Source: Dimorphilus gyrociliatus
Taxonomy: Eukaryota; Animalia; Annelida
Length of the DNA stretch: 64,000 bases
Reading direction: 5' to 3'
Assembly: GCA_904063045.1 (NCBI GenBank)
Contig: CAJFCJ010000001.1
Span: forward strand, 1,488,001-1,552,000
Shown here: piece after piece, positions 49,182-63,171 of the stretch
How the letters are laid out: the number at the start of each line of letters is the position of its first letter
Numbering within the stretch: the stretch's first letter is position 1
Translations under genes and position numbers: made by a program
Notes under the pieces: generated by a model
What the model was told of the DNA's origin: nothing
Databases searched by the model: none
Seen by the model: the letters and a program-made list of their open reading frames with translations, nothing else

Positions 49182-51498
49182 TTAATTAAACTGCAAAAGT
49201 GAATGCTTTTCTAAAATAGGGAATAAACTGGTTGTATAGTTTGTAATTGTCCTAACGATTGTTTTTCTATCAGCTCTCTCAAAGTTTGATTTTACCATTT
49301 CGTAATATTCGCCATCCGATAAAGTAAATGATTTTATCAACGGACACTTTAATCTGTTATTTTTATTTGTTTTAATTAAAATTCAATTTAATTTAAGAGA
49401 CTATAATCTGTTATTATTTCAATTACCTTAGCTGATCAACGAATTTGCTAGAATTATCACTAAATCTGATCATATCTGGATCCCATTGTAATTCTAATCT
49501 TTCCAATTTAGGCGTGTTCTGAGAGAGACAGATCATTATTTGATCTACGTGAACTCTGGTCGACATTCTTAAGAACCATCCATTTGCTGTTCCACAAACT
49601 AGGATACTGCAAAAAAAAAAAAAAAGTAAAAAATAAGTATAAAAAAGGAAAAGAATACAAAGGTTTTAGTCCTTTTTTAAGGAAAATAAAAAAAAATGAA
49701 AGGTAATTTATAACAATTGAAATTAAAACAAACCGTATGTTCTTCATAAAAGGTATTACATTAAGGAAGAATTGTTCTGTCAGTTTCGGCTTTCCAGCTA
49801 TCATAAGACCTTGTAGTGATTGTCCATGTTTTCGAAGAACCTAGGAACGTTTTAAATTTTCATCTCTATAATCCCGTAATAGTTGGATTATACCTGACTA
49901 ATAACATTTTCGCTTAATCCGATAGTATGACTAACATCCAAAGCTTTTAAATTTGTTAATTTTCCTCTTCTACTCAAATCTTCAAGAATCTAAATTGTAG
50001 GTATTACAAAAGAAGAAGAGGTGGGAGAAGAAAAAATTCAATTGATATATAACATTGATAAGATATTTGACTTATTAAATTCATACTTTATCAGTAAAAA
50101 ATTCGCAGTATCCCAGAGCCAAGTATTTAAAGTTATTGATTCTTAATAGTACATCATGTAGACATTCTGTTGAGAGTTCTGTCGATGATAAATCTATTTC
50201 GCAAACAGCAGATTTCTCCCATTCAACATTTCTCATGTGTTCATCCTCTAATGCACAGTGTTGTAACAATAAGGTTTGTAGTTTCGAACAACGTTGAATT
50301 AGCTGTTTAAGAGTCGATCCTTTAACTCTTAGGCAAAAACATAAACTTAAACTTTCCAAATGAATACAATTTGTAGATAAAAGTTCAACATGTGAATCGT
50401 CAATAAAGTTGATTCCATAGAAGTTAACAACTTTTAAATTGGGCGTGTGAGCTTTGATTTTTCCTATGTTAATAACCTAAAACAAATAGAGATGGAATTA
50501 CTTTAGTACAATTTATATAGAATTATATAAATATAAAATTATACTTCATAAATCTCCTCTTGTTCTTCATCACCCTGTTCAAAGTTTCCTATCAGATGTA
50601 GGACTTGAACAGAACTTAAACTTTGATAAACTTTCCGCATAAAGCCCTCCATGAATATTACTTCACTCAGACAAACCGTAAAATTTATTAGATTGCAGGG
50701 AAAAGCGTTTAAGTCGTTGAAATCGTGTAACTGCATAGCATTCGCAAAATCGAGTGTTAAATATCTGGAAAATTATGGAAGATTTAGAGAAAATGATTAA
50801 TTCGATTAAAGTAGAGAAAGAGTTAGAAAGTGAGTTCTAACTTTAAATTTTGGCACTTGTTAACCAATTCATGAAGGATAGGTGTCGTAACTAATTCGCA
50901 CGGAAGTTCAATATAACGCAGTCTAGAACCAAATCTGTCCAAATAATAAGTTTTTTCTTCAGTTTACTCTTCAATTCATTTACGAACCTTGTTCCAATTA
51001 TGTGTATCAGAGCATCGCTATTAGAGACTTGTAGACCTCCGTATTCTGGACGAAGAGAGACCCTCGACCACAAATGTGAATCGTAGGACAAATTTCTCCA
51101 TTTTTTGCATACTTTAGCAACTGCCCTGCTTAATTCTTTGTGATGAATAAAGGAGAAAATCTGTAATATGATCTTGTCTGGAAGAGTGTTGATATTTTTC
51201 TGTTAGAAAAATAGAGACGGTTGTTCTTCATTATGAATATGTTATGATTATACAAAGTTTCATTAATTAGGCTGGATGATTTTCAAAGGTAAATGCTTCA
51301 ATAAACAAATAGCCTTCAATTTGCTGAAATATATAGAGAATGACTACTTTCTCAGCGAAGGTCACTTACGGATTCAGCTATAGGTGGGTAACCAAATCCT
51401 GGACCGCTATTCCTGAAACTATTACGCCTATCATCATCTTGATGCACTCCCAGATGGGTTGCTTCTCTTGTTATAGAATAAAGAGCATCGTTTGCCAT
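49182..51498 (-). CDS. F-box/LRR protein (invertebrate family resembling C. elegans C02F5.7), multi-exon
   Basis: F-box (INTLPDKIILQIFSFI..VCKKW), LWSRVSLRPEYGGLQV, MQLHDF..VCLSEVIFMEGFMRK, and LRR units such as LSSTELS and LALGYCEF. Confidence 0.85.
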
Positions 51499-52036
51499 GA
51501 TATTAACTTTATAGAATAAAAATTCGAACGAAATTTGAAGTTGCCTCTTTTGGTATTCTTAATTAATTATTTTCGTAAAAATTTCATAATCTTATTTTAA
51601 GTAACCAACCGAAAATGTTCTATCTTAAAATAAGGATAACATTGTAAGTAAAAATACGAAATAATTTTATTCAATGTTTTTATAATGATTTTCGAAAACT
51701 ATGGCCATCTGACGAGTGCAATGATTAATTATATGATTTTACGATCTAATCAAAAAAATTAGCATAATCTTTATAATTTTTAATTGAACATTTTATTTCC
51801 AAGCGAATCGACGAAAATATAAGAGAAAATTATCATGATATCTTAAAATCCTTTAAATACTTAACAAATCGAAACATAGGCGGCGCCACTAACAGGGAAT
51901 GTGCTGTTGTATTACAGTCCTTGAATCTTGATTTAGTTGCCGTTTGTGTATATTTTTAGTAACAGCTATCAACTACTTCGTAGAGTATGAGACACTTTAC
52001 GGAACGACAATAAACGGAACATCAAAACTCTAAATA

Positions 52037-55000
52037 ATGACATCTAGTCGAAAGATTTACTTTTTTCTGATCTTAATGACTCTCATCTTCTGGGTGTCGG
52101 CCGAGATTCACAGGGCTAAGAAATTCAATAGCCGCCATACTAGGCGATTTCAACGCGAACCTATCACGATTCTCGGACACGACATAAATACTTGGTTCTA
52201 TTCTCTGATTGCGGCCGCCTTAGTTGGTCTTAGTGGTATTTTCCCACTCCTAGTAATCCCTTTGGAGATAGGAAAGAACCTTAAGAAAGGAGGTTAGTAG
52301 TAACGTTTGTAAAGTAAAGCAAATTAGACATAATGTTAGAAGAACAATTATTTAGTTGGTTAGTGAAATAGAACGAAAATATAACGTATAGCAAAGATTT
52401 AAAATAATCTATGGTATTAAGCGATTGATTTGTTCGGCCTGTTGTACATACGTTTCCGTAATGTTACATCCAATTTCAATTGACTTACCTTCTCTCCAGA
52501 CATTGTATCTTTTGCGTTAAAGCTTTTCTAGTTGTTTGTATTACTGTCGGTAGGCTGTGGATGAGTGGAGAGTATTTTTATGATTTTAGCAGGTGCATAA
52601 TTTTTGCGGTTCTTATCGTTGATTTAGCCCAACTGCAACACTGCAAAACCAAACTTAATGTTTAGTGTTTATCCTCTATAAAGAATATTTTCTCATAATG
52701 GAAAGATATTTCCCATTCATTTTTTCTTTTATAAAAATAATGAGAAGATAAGGAAATATATAACTTACTTAATATATTGTGTTCTCAATGGTGTAAAAGT
52801 TCCCAAATCTAAAGATAAACTAAGTTCCCTCCTTCTTTCTCTCTCTCTCTCTCTCTATCTCTCTCTCATGCACAACACACACATAGACACGTACAATCTT
52901 TTTTAGCCGAACGTGATAAACTTACATTCTAAATAAAACTCTTTATTATTGTAAAATAAAGAGTAGACTAACTACTATTTTCAGACCAGAATTGTTTTCT
53001 TATGGATAAAATTAATATTTATTTCATCTTCAACCTCTTTTTACAGCGTCAGCGGATAGATTACAACTCCTACTTAGTTTTGCTGTTGGAAGTTTACTTG
53101 GAGATGTTTTCTTCCACCTGTTACCGGAAGCTTGGGCCCATATTCCTCATGGTTAGAATAGTTTTTTGGTTTATTATATCAATATAGGTACATTGTACAA
53201 AAACATTAATTTGTATATTCTATTTTGTAGATGAAAGTGGTAAAATAGCAATAAGAAAAGTTGGATTTTGGGTGCTTTGTGGGTTGTTGGGTTTTTGGTT
53301 GATTGAAAAAATCTTTCCTGATGATGACGAAGAAAAAGAAGACAATTCGTTAAAGGTATGTCAATTATAATAGAGTTAACTGTGAAGAATTTACATGTGT
53401 TTCTTTGTCTAGAATGAACACGTAAAAAACATTCTATTCATATAGAGCTAATTATACTATATTTAGATTAAAATTGCTGTAAACACCACTGAATTGGATT
53501 TATATCGTACAAAGGGGAGTTTTAAACCTCATTCAGAGCCAATCATGGTGACACAAATAGAGGGTATGAAACGAAGAAATGTAGATATACTATACTAGAT
53601 ATTATATATAACTTATCAGATTTATTTTCTATTTGGTTAATAAAAGTTTTAATTTATTCATCGAAAAGACAAAAAAACTTGCACATTTTTTAATAAGGCA
53701 ATGCGGTGGCAGAAATTCCAATTATGGCTTCTTTATCATATTTGCTTCCTTTGCAATTTTATGTTATATGTTTCTTATTTTTTTTATTATTATTACTTTG
53801 ATTGAGAAATAGGATTAATTTCACCTTTTGAGAGAAGAAATTCTTTGATTTTTATATTTTCTATTGTATTGAGTGATTGTTTTATTTTTTTTAGAGTACA
53901 AACTTAAGTCTTAATCGTTGATTATCGTTGATAATCCTCTTAGATAATCGTTATTCAAATGTTAAATTTCTATGATATAAAGAGATAAAGTGCATATATT
54001 ATCTAATGTTAATATTATCTTATCTGTAGAGAGACGTCAATTGTGACAAAAATGATAAAGCATCTTTTGCGGATGATGATCTGAAAACTAAAGCTAATCT
54101 AAAGAAAAGAAAGATAAATGACAGGAAAAACTTGAATGATAAAAGTGAAATTAGAAATGAGAATATTTCAAAAATATTTGTCTGCTTCTCCAACGTTTTT
54201 AATTTTACAAGCAAAGGAAAACGTGTACAGAAGAGACCTGTTTGTAAAACGTCAGCCGCCGAAGATAATACTCATATAAAGGTACATATTCTACATTGAG
54301 CCTATATATTAAATATCTTCCAATGTTGATATTTACCGTTGGCATAATTTCTCACCAAATAAAACTCATATAGATACAAAATTCAGATGTTTAGCATATG
54401 GGCATCTAATTTTTAGATAGTATATTTTATAAGTATTATTTTACTACAGACAACTGGATGGCTAAATCTAATAGCTAACGTTATAGATAATTTTACGCAT
54501 GGTTTAGCTGTTGCTGGAAGTTTTTGCGTTAGCAACAAGGTTAGTTTTTCTATTCTTGAATTATTATTCTTTTACTGTTAGTTTTTTTAGTTTTTTTTAT
54601 TTTTATAGAACTTCGTACCATCTCTCTTTCTATTTTTACTAACCTACTGATCTTTTTTTTTTCTTTAGGTTGGTTTTATAACGACTTTTGCTATTTTACT
54701 CCACGAAATTCCCCACGAAGTTGGTGATTTTGCTATACTTTTAAGATCTGGATTCGATAGGTGGAGAGCTGCAAAAGCTCAAGTAAGATTCGGTTTTTTT
54801 TATAATTAATAGTGAAATTTATAAGTTTTTTATGCGTTTTATTAGATGTTAACAGCCACTGGCGGAATGATTGGAGCAATTGTTGCTTTGTGCTCAGAAT
54901 CAGCGGAAAAGGCTGGCAATAAAACGGCTTGGGTTCTACCATTTACTTCCGGAGGATTTCTATACATTGCTCTTTTATCAATTCTTCCTGATCTACTCAA

Positions 55001-55167
55001 AGAAACAAACATCCGGTTGGTTTACCAAAAATTCTTAAAATTCATAGCCAAATATCTTTACTAACAACATATTTATCTATTTCACGTTTAGGAAATCTTT
55101 TAATCAAATGGTCTGCCTATTTGGTGGGATATTTACAATGGCTGCAGTAACTATATTATGTGATTAG
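52037..55167 (+). CDS. SLC39A13: ZIP13 (LIV-1 family) zinc/iron transporter, multi-exon
   Basis: N-terminal hydrophobic leader; [20 protein letters not shown]; [20 protein letters not shown]; [20 protein letters not shown]; [19 protein letters not shown]; [15 protein letters not shown]. Confidence 0.92.
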
Positions 55168-55744
55168 GATAGTCTTAATGTTGCTTAAGACTTATTTTAT
55201 CGGTTTTTTTTTAATTAAATTTTCTTTTCGTTGAAACAAAGTGCCTCAACTATTCATTGAAAAGCTTAGAAATGTACAATTATACTTTTTCTATTATTAC
55301 TTTTGTATTTATATTTTATTCTATGTGTATACACATTTTTATTTTTCTGTTTCATTCCAATGAATGACCTAAATTCATCTGTAAAAAGAATTATTGAATA
55401 GTGTTAAAGTTTGTTATGAGAATTAATGAAAATTCTTTCCTTTTGGAAGACTAAATACACAAATATTTTGTTTTTTATGATATACATTAGTTTAGACTGC
55501 ATATTGCATATTTAAGTGATATTATTTAATAGGTTATAAGTTACTGACCTCTAGTAGTTTACAATGTTTAATATAGATGACAGCACTTGATCAAATACCT
55601 AAAGTAATATTTACCATATTTAAAGTTATTTTTTCTTATTAGTTAAAAATAATTTCATAATTTATTCCACAATAGTATAACCTAATATATAAAACCAGTG
55701 AAAATACTCTATTATATCCTATTTTTAAGCTATAAATTTATATT

Positions 55745-57693
55745 ATGAGCGACAATGAAGGTATTTAACATTTTAAGAAAATCATTTCAATACGACTATG
55801 TAGTTGATTTAAATCAAATTAATCGAAAATATACAGAACTAGCATCTTTTTATATTCATGTAAGTAAGTTTTATCTCTTCTTATAAGTTAAAAGTCGATA
55901 TTTCTAAATATTTATTCCATGACATTTTTAGTGGCCATTTTGTGAAAGAAGATGCTCTTATTGCAATTTCAATAAATATATAAGGTACTTCTAAATGAAT
56001 AAATGTAATAAATGACCTCTAAACAATATAATTTAGGAAGAACGAAAATGAGAATAGGTTACTAAATTGCTATAAGAACGAGATAAAAAGTATCCTTGAA
56101 AATGTTCGAATAAAAGCAGTTCGTTCAGTATTTTTTGGGGGAGGTTTGTTTTCTTTATCCTCAAATAAATCCATAGTTTATTCTACCTTCATATTGATAT
56201 TTATAGGTACACCTAGCTTAGCCGAACCAAAGACTATAAAGGGAATAATTACAGAAATAGTTCAAAATGTTGAAATTCTTAAAGATCATGAATTTACATT
56301 AGAAATAAATCCAACAAATGTTGAATCAAACAAGTTGAATGAATTTAAAAACTCGGGAATAAATAGATTATCAATTGGCGTTCAGGTAAAATAATAATAG
56401 ATATATAAACAATAAATAAACGAATTTCTTCTTCAGAGTTTAAATGCTGAAGATCTATTTATTCTAAATCGAAACCATAGTAGAAAAGATGCTCTCAGGT
56501 TTTTATGAATATGCGTACAATTATCGTTTTATACAGACACACCTTTCTTTTTTTCAATTATTTAAAGATGCATTGAATTAGCGCAAAAAATTTTTAATAA
56601 TAGAATATCTGTTGATTTAATGTTTGGCCTTCCCAATCAGAATATAAAAGAATGGGAAAATCAATTAAAATTGGTAAGAAATTATAAATGAACATATTCA
56701 ATTAATTAAGTGTTTTTTTTATCTTTTTCTTTTATTTTCACTTTAGATATTAGAAATGGGAGTTAATCATATTTCTTTATATCAATTAACGTTAGAAAGA
56801 GGAACGGCACTCTTTAAATTATGGGAAAATGATAAATTAGTAAATATACTTAAATATTATCTTATATAATATATACTATTCAGTTGACATTTTAATTTAG
56901 AATATTCCAAAGACTGATGAAATAATTGATATGTATGAAATTTCTGTTGAAACTTGTAAAAGCTATGGATTATCTAGATATGAAGTATCTAATTTTAGTT
57001 TGAAAGTAATTCTTATTATCCTTAATAATTTACATATGAATTATTCAATGTAAATAATCCTTCTAGGAATATGAAAGTATTCATAATAAATCTTACTGGC
57101 AGGGATTGCAGTATGCTGGTATAGGGCCAGGTACAATATGTAGAGAGACTGAAACGTTATCTGATCATTTAAAAAACTATTAAACAGGTGCACATAGTAG
57201 ACTAATGAAAGATTGCGTAAGACATTCTCATATTCAAACGTTAGAGCCGGAACCTTGGATGAGAGAGGTGGAAAAATACGGTCATGGTACTAGAAAGATT
57301 GTTAAAATGAAACTCGTCGATGTGTTTGTTGATTGTTACTTTATTTATTTTTTCTCCCATTATTTTATCAGTGGCCCCACTAACCTTTTTACCTTTTCAG
57401 TCTTATTGAGTTACTTGTATTAGGCCTAAGAACTGAAATTGGTTTGAACTCTCAAGTTTGGGATCTATTTTCATCAATTAAACTAACAGAAATGTTTGAT
57501 AATGAAGATATTAAATTACTGGTCGACAATAACTTTTTAATCTTGGACGAAATGTAAAGAATCAATAAATATATTAATCCATTTAAATAAACTGCCTATT
57601 TACAGAAACATTAGACCTACAGCAAAAGGTCTCAACGTCATAGACAGTATAACACCAGATTTGATCAATACCATAAAAAGTAAATGTATATAA
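55745..57693 (+). CDS. RSAD1: Radical SAM heme chaperone RSAD1 (HemN/HemW-like), many short exons
   Basis: WPFCERRCSYCNFNKY (CxxxCxxC), SVFFGGGTPSL, FTLEINP, GINRLSIGVQSL, NHISLYQLTLERGT, RYEVSNF, YAGIGPGAHSR. Confidence 0.92.
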
Positions 57694-58402
57694 AAGCACA
57701 TAGATTCAGCTGACGTGACAAACAGACACATTGTAAAAGTATGGAATAAGACAAGAGATAAAAACTGCTCATTCAGCTATCCTTTCGTGTATACTGTATA
57801 TATACTTAATAATATTATAATCGACTTTTTTAAAAGTCTCTTGTTCATTAGTTTCGATTTCTATTTATTGTTAATGATTTATTCAAGTTGTCAAGTACAC
57901 TTTTCATGATCGATTACTTCGAATAAATCTTGCTCTAAATGTATTAATGACGTAACTTGAGCCAATCATTTTTCAACTTGTTCTCTACTTGTTGAGTAAT
58001 TGATTAAAAGATAAATGAAATTAGTTTCTTCCTTCTCCTGAAAGTTTGTTAAGGGAAAGATATTGAAGATACTTATATATGCCAAACAATAACAAACAAA
58101 TGTAGACATTATTACAATAATGTAATCATTTTTATCTAAAATTCTCTTGGTGGAGGAGAGAGAATACAGAAACATTTCATCTTATACGGCGTTAATGATG
58201 AGTAAAGAATTAAAGGGTTAAGAAGAGAAGAGGAACAAACAACATCTGGTTGTTTAAAGGAGACTTTTAATATATAAGCCTATGAAGAAAACATCATAAG
58301 ATAAGGTTTATTTTAAGGCGGGTTTGTTACAATAAAACAATACAAAACTTGAAATGAAGGAAAACTATCCTATCAGTCAGCAACCTCTTCCATAGGCCTG
58401 AA

Positions 58403-58412
58403 ATCACGTGAT
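58403..58412. promoter_or_regulatory. Palindromic E-box ATCACGTGAT (CLEAR/MiT-TFE/USF-like), 100 bp upstream of the CRT-like ATG
   Basis: Perfect 10-bp palindrome with a TCACGTGA core. Confidence 0.45.
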
Positions 58413-58512
58413 AGATTAAATTCGTATCATACTTTATTTCTCTATCTAATCGTTAATATAGTTAATACAGAGAGTTACCTTCCTTAAAATAAATATATGT
58501 ATTAAAGTACAC

Positions 58513-60230
58513 ATGGCCACCTCAACTCTCAAATACAAGCGTTTTCCAGCGCATAAGTCCGAAAGTGAGAAGCAGCCTTTGTTAAAGCGTTCTAGGAAGA
58601 GAAGAACAAGTGTTACGGCTAGTTTTAGTGCAACTCTGGAAGCAATCCCTGAAAACCGTGCCAAGTCATTTACAACTGAAATTAAAGAGGAGGACCTTCC
58701 GGGAAAAAGAAGAAAAAAGATAATTTTGAGCATATTCTTAACATTATTAACTGTTTTATCAACTGTAACATTCGGCATCTCTGTTCCTTTGTATGTGGCT
58801 TCCTTCAAAGATGGATTTATAGCCATTCTATTAGTCGCTTTTTGGTTCCCTCCACTATTTTTTTTTCAAGTTTTACTCTTTAAACTTTTCATTGATCCAA
58901 GTATAGTCTTAAAATCATCGGCGCCGTGGAGTAACGTATTCATGGTTGGTTTTGCAATTGCTCTCAATGGAATAATGTTGGCCTATACTAGTGATCCGAA
59001 CAGAACTCCACCATATTTACAGGCTAGTGGCGAAATAACGAATTAAATATCTAAATATAATTATTAAGTAGTATATTTTAAATGATCTAATCAGGGATTT
59101 TTCATCCAATTAGGATGAAAGATTTGTCATTTTTTTCTCCAATGATGATTCATGAAGATATGATCAAAGGAGAAAAAACACAGTTTGTCTACGTTTGAAG
59201 ATATTGTTACTTATTTCGCCACTATATTTTTACTAAACAGGCGATATTACAAACTCTTGTTATTCCTTACACAGTATTTATTAGGTATTTAATGCTTGGA
59301 AAAGGGATTAATGTCAAGCAGGCCTTATGTTTGTTAACATTGTTTGCCGGTATACTTATATCGCTATTACCGCAATTCACCATACCACAAACAGCAGCTG
59401 CAACAAACGTGACAAACGACGTTACAAGACCCGCTAAAGAATGGTACTTTCCTTTTACCTATGCCTTATCCTACCTTCCTCTTGCCTTTGGTCTTACTTT
59501 AATGGAAAAAAACACCATGGTTCATAAAGTAAATTTTTACAAATTAAAAAACAAACGATTTCCTTCGTTAAGAAGTATGTTTTCTTATTATTATAAATAG
59601 GCCAACACTGTTGTTTATATAGCCTGGGCTCAAGTATTCCTCTACGGTACATATATATTATTATTTTGGACGGACTTCTTACCAAAATTTGGTTATGTGA
59701 GTAGTGAAAGAATATGAATTTATATACAGTTTTTCCCTTAAATTTTTCATCCTTAAAATTAGGCAAATGGTACTCAAGATTTTGCAAATAGTGTGAAAAA
59801 AGGTTTAGCCTGTTTGTATACAAATTCAAGCGACTGTAAATCTGTACTACCAACTGCAATTGTATTTATGATATCCTATTGCATATCGAATATGTGCAAT
59901 ATCCTATTGATAAAGCATGCGCAGGGAGCGATATATGTGGCAGTATCAACGGCTTTAGTTATGCCGTTAGGAACAATATTTTGGACACTCTTTACACCCG
60001 ATCTGAAATGGCAACCGCAATTCTCATCATCAATGTGGTTTGTTGTTCTCGCCTTGATTATTATGGTTCCATCAACCTTCTTATATTCCATTTTTGGTAA
60101 TTTGTCATCACCCAAATCCGCATATAAATCCTATCAGCATTCGCAAGTGAGACTTAGGAGAAGCTCAAGAGGTTATAGGACCATTCCTAGGAGTAATAGC
60201 TCTCCGAACCTATATAAAGTTTTATTATAA
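58513..60230 (+). CDS. CRT-like (chloroquine-resistance-transporter family, DMT superfamily) transporter; 4 exons
   Basis: About 10 hydrophobic segments; YTSDPNRTPPYLQ|AILQTLVIPYT; WTDFLPKFG; LLIKHAQGAIYVAVSTALVMPLGTIFWTLF. Confidence 0.8.
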
Positions 60231-60886
60231 AGTAGTATGCCTAATCCTAAATTCCAGATCATTTTTTAAAAAAAAAAAGAAACGAAAACTTGAAAAGTAT
60301 TGAAAGAACATAGAAGAACTTTGACTATCTTGATATTAAAAATATGTATATATAATATATGTATATATATATACTATATATATATATATATACTGTATAT
60401 ATATATATATATATAATAAGAATCTATTAATAAGCTTTAAAAAGTGATAAAAGTCAATTTTTTAAGATATGCTATTTGGATAGGAAAGAATAAGCCTTAT
60501 TGATCCAATTTTTTTTCTTTTTTTTCCAAATATTGCAATGTATATAATACTTTATATAGGCCTGATTCAAAAATAGTACAAAAGACTTTTTATTGACAAT
60601 AAGAGTTAGGTCTAAATGATATATTGGTTTAGCTAATCTTCAAGTTAGGGCTATAAGTGTTGAAAAAAAAAGAGGCTCTTTTTGAGGCAAATAAGCTTTT
60701 AGTGTGTCTGTTTGGATATTAAAAATTAATATTTACTAATTAGCCCTTAGAATCGTATATCGAGTATTAGCTAAACTAAACATCACTTACAATTCAAAGA
60801 AAGCAAAGTGGCACTATATCTGTTGACAAACTGTTCTAACAGTTTGGTATTAAGTCTCTTTTCAACTGAATAAACAATTAAGTCAT

Positions 60887-62171
60887 TCACCTTCCCGAAC
60901 AAGAGCAAGAACTGCATGACGAGCAATCGTCATCTAGATTCCTTGGTGGACTAGCTATGAACAAGAGCGGGGGAGATCCTTGAGACATATACAACATTGG
61001 AGACGGCTCCTGCATTCTATTATTGATGGGTGTGAAGGCACTCGGTCTTAGGCCGTTTTGTTGATGTAGTCTTTGTGGAGGCATTGAAGGATAGGGACGA
61101 GGAGGCGGTAGTTGCACTGGAGCAGGATGATGCATTGGGTTGGGATTGCCCGCTATCCAGTTCGGGGCGCGATATCTTGTAGCATGGGGAAGAGGTGGAG
61201 GTTGATTCCATATTGGAGGAGGTCCAGCACTCCTATTTAAAAGTTCTAACCTTCTCTTTGTATAAACATCCATATGTTCTTCTGGTTCCGAAATAGATCT
61301 GCTACTTCTACTCTGTTTTTTCCTCCGAGATTCCTTTTGTACATTTGGTTCTATTTCGTGCATTTGAGATTTCAAATCTCGAATTTGTGACAGCATTAGT
61401 TTCATTAAATGCTTTTTTGATTGATCTGAATTTCTCGCACCATTTCCCATCCCTTCAATTGGTATATCTTTCCTCTTATCTTTTCGCTCTTGATGATGAT
61501 TTTGTAAGATTGGAGGTTTATATTCCTGTTGTAATCAAAATACTTTGTATTATTTATTTGTTTTATGAATATATATAAAATTTATTTACTTTAATTAACG
61601 AAAATTCAGAAGTTTGCGTTTGAACATTTGAATAATTTACTTTCTGTAACTGTCCAAATGTTTGAGTGGAGAAATCTCTTTGTCTGAGAATATCTCCAAC
61701 ATTCTGAACGTAATTATTTTTCTTATCAATTTTAAATTGAGGAGAATTGTTCTCGATTCTGCGACTATGATTGGTTAAATCCAAATCGTCCCAGCTCGGT
61801 TTTCTGGGTTTAAAACTGGTAAATGTTCCAGCACTAAATGGAGATCCGGGATATTTAGGACTCTGTCTCCAAGGTGCTTCATTATCGAGGGTTGGCGAAG
61901 TTAAAGACGACTTTCTAGTTCTCCCATCAAGGATTGGTGAACTTTGAAGAGGAGATTTCCGTTTAATATGTATCTGTTTAGTATGCGTAACATCCTTTTT
62001 GACTAGTTCAACTCTCTGATGTCTAAGAGGGTCGAAAGATTCGTCTAAATTGATTAAAGGTATTTCCTCAGATTCAATTTGAACTGGAATAGGTTCCGAA
62101 GCATTTTTCAGCCAACATTCAAGATCATTACCACTACTACGTTCCAAATGGGAATCGACTAAACTTGTCAT
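60887..62171 (-). CDS. Uncharacterised ~406-aa, mostly disordered protein; 2 coding exons (62171-61590, 61525-60887)
   Basis: Two long ORFs joined in frame by a 64-nt GT-AG intron. Ser/Pro/Arg-rich, with a short helical segment KKHLMKLMLSQIRDLKSQMHE and C-terminus DDDCSSCSSCSCSGR. Confidence 0.75.
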
Positions 62172-63171
62172 GGAGCTTACCGTCTATTTTATATTAATAG
62201 AAAAATTAATTAATATAAATAAATAAACAAATAAATACTGTATATAGAACAGCTTTAACTTTTTATCTAAACGTATTCTTTACTAAGAAAAGAGCCAATG
62301 ACGTGTAAAGTCAAGTATTCTCACTAATAATATAAATATTTACATAAAAGAGAGATCATTGAATAAATTAATTCACTTTCTCTTAGTTCTCTTTCTATCT
62401 TTTCAAGAAGAACGAAGAATATACAGTACATTAACAATAAAATATCACTTTCATCATCATCATTTGTCATCATCATTAATTCTATTGTTGTCTCTCGTTT
62501 TGTTTAAATATTATATTAAATTCCTCTTATAAATATTTCCAGTTAATCCAATTCAATAATCATTTTAATAGGCCTATTCAATCCGAAATTATCTTTTTTG
62601 AGAAAAAAGAAAATAAAATCCGTTTTTGTACAGAAAGTCTTTCTAGATACGAAGAAGGTGACTAGCTTAATATACTGTATATATACTATATATATATATA
62701 TATATATATATTTTAATAAATTCCTTAGATTATTATTTATTTATATAAATAATGACAATCAGCTATGCATCCTTATAATTACTTACCTATTATACTATAA
62801 CTAAAGAGTAGATACCGGTAGAAACAACAAACGTTATGAACAATCGATCCAAGTAGAATGAACGAACTACCTATCGATTATATCTTGCCAGAGCGGTAAA
62901 CTTGTTTGAGCAAGTATATAAACAGCGACATATATATATATATATATTACTATATATTCATATTTTTCTATTCTATTAGGCCAAAATGTTAATCTTAAAA
63001 AAAACTTTTGCAGTTTAGAAAAAAAACCTTAATAGGCCTATTAACTATTATATACACTGTATTATTTATTATTTATTCTGTTGTATTTGCATACAAGATA
63101 GGAGATGAACTAGTTGTATTATAAGGTGATAGCGTCTTTCATTAGTATTTTCTTGAAAAGATGCAATTTTA

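Noticed and set aside
57966-58175. 69-aa minus-strand hydrophobic ORF
   Set aside because: AT-rich intergenic sequence with no motif or splice support.
55745-60230. Horizontal transfer of bacterial- or protist-like genes (HemN-like, CRT-like; also L34)
   Set aside because: All have host-type spliceosomal introns and composition, and belong to families with known eukaryotic members.
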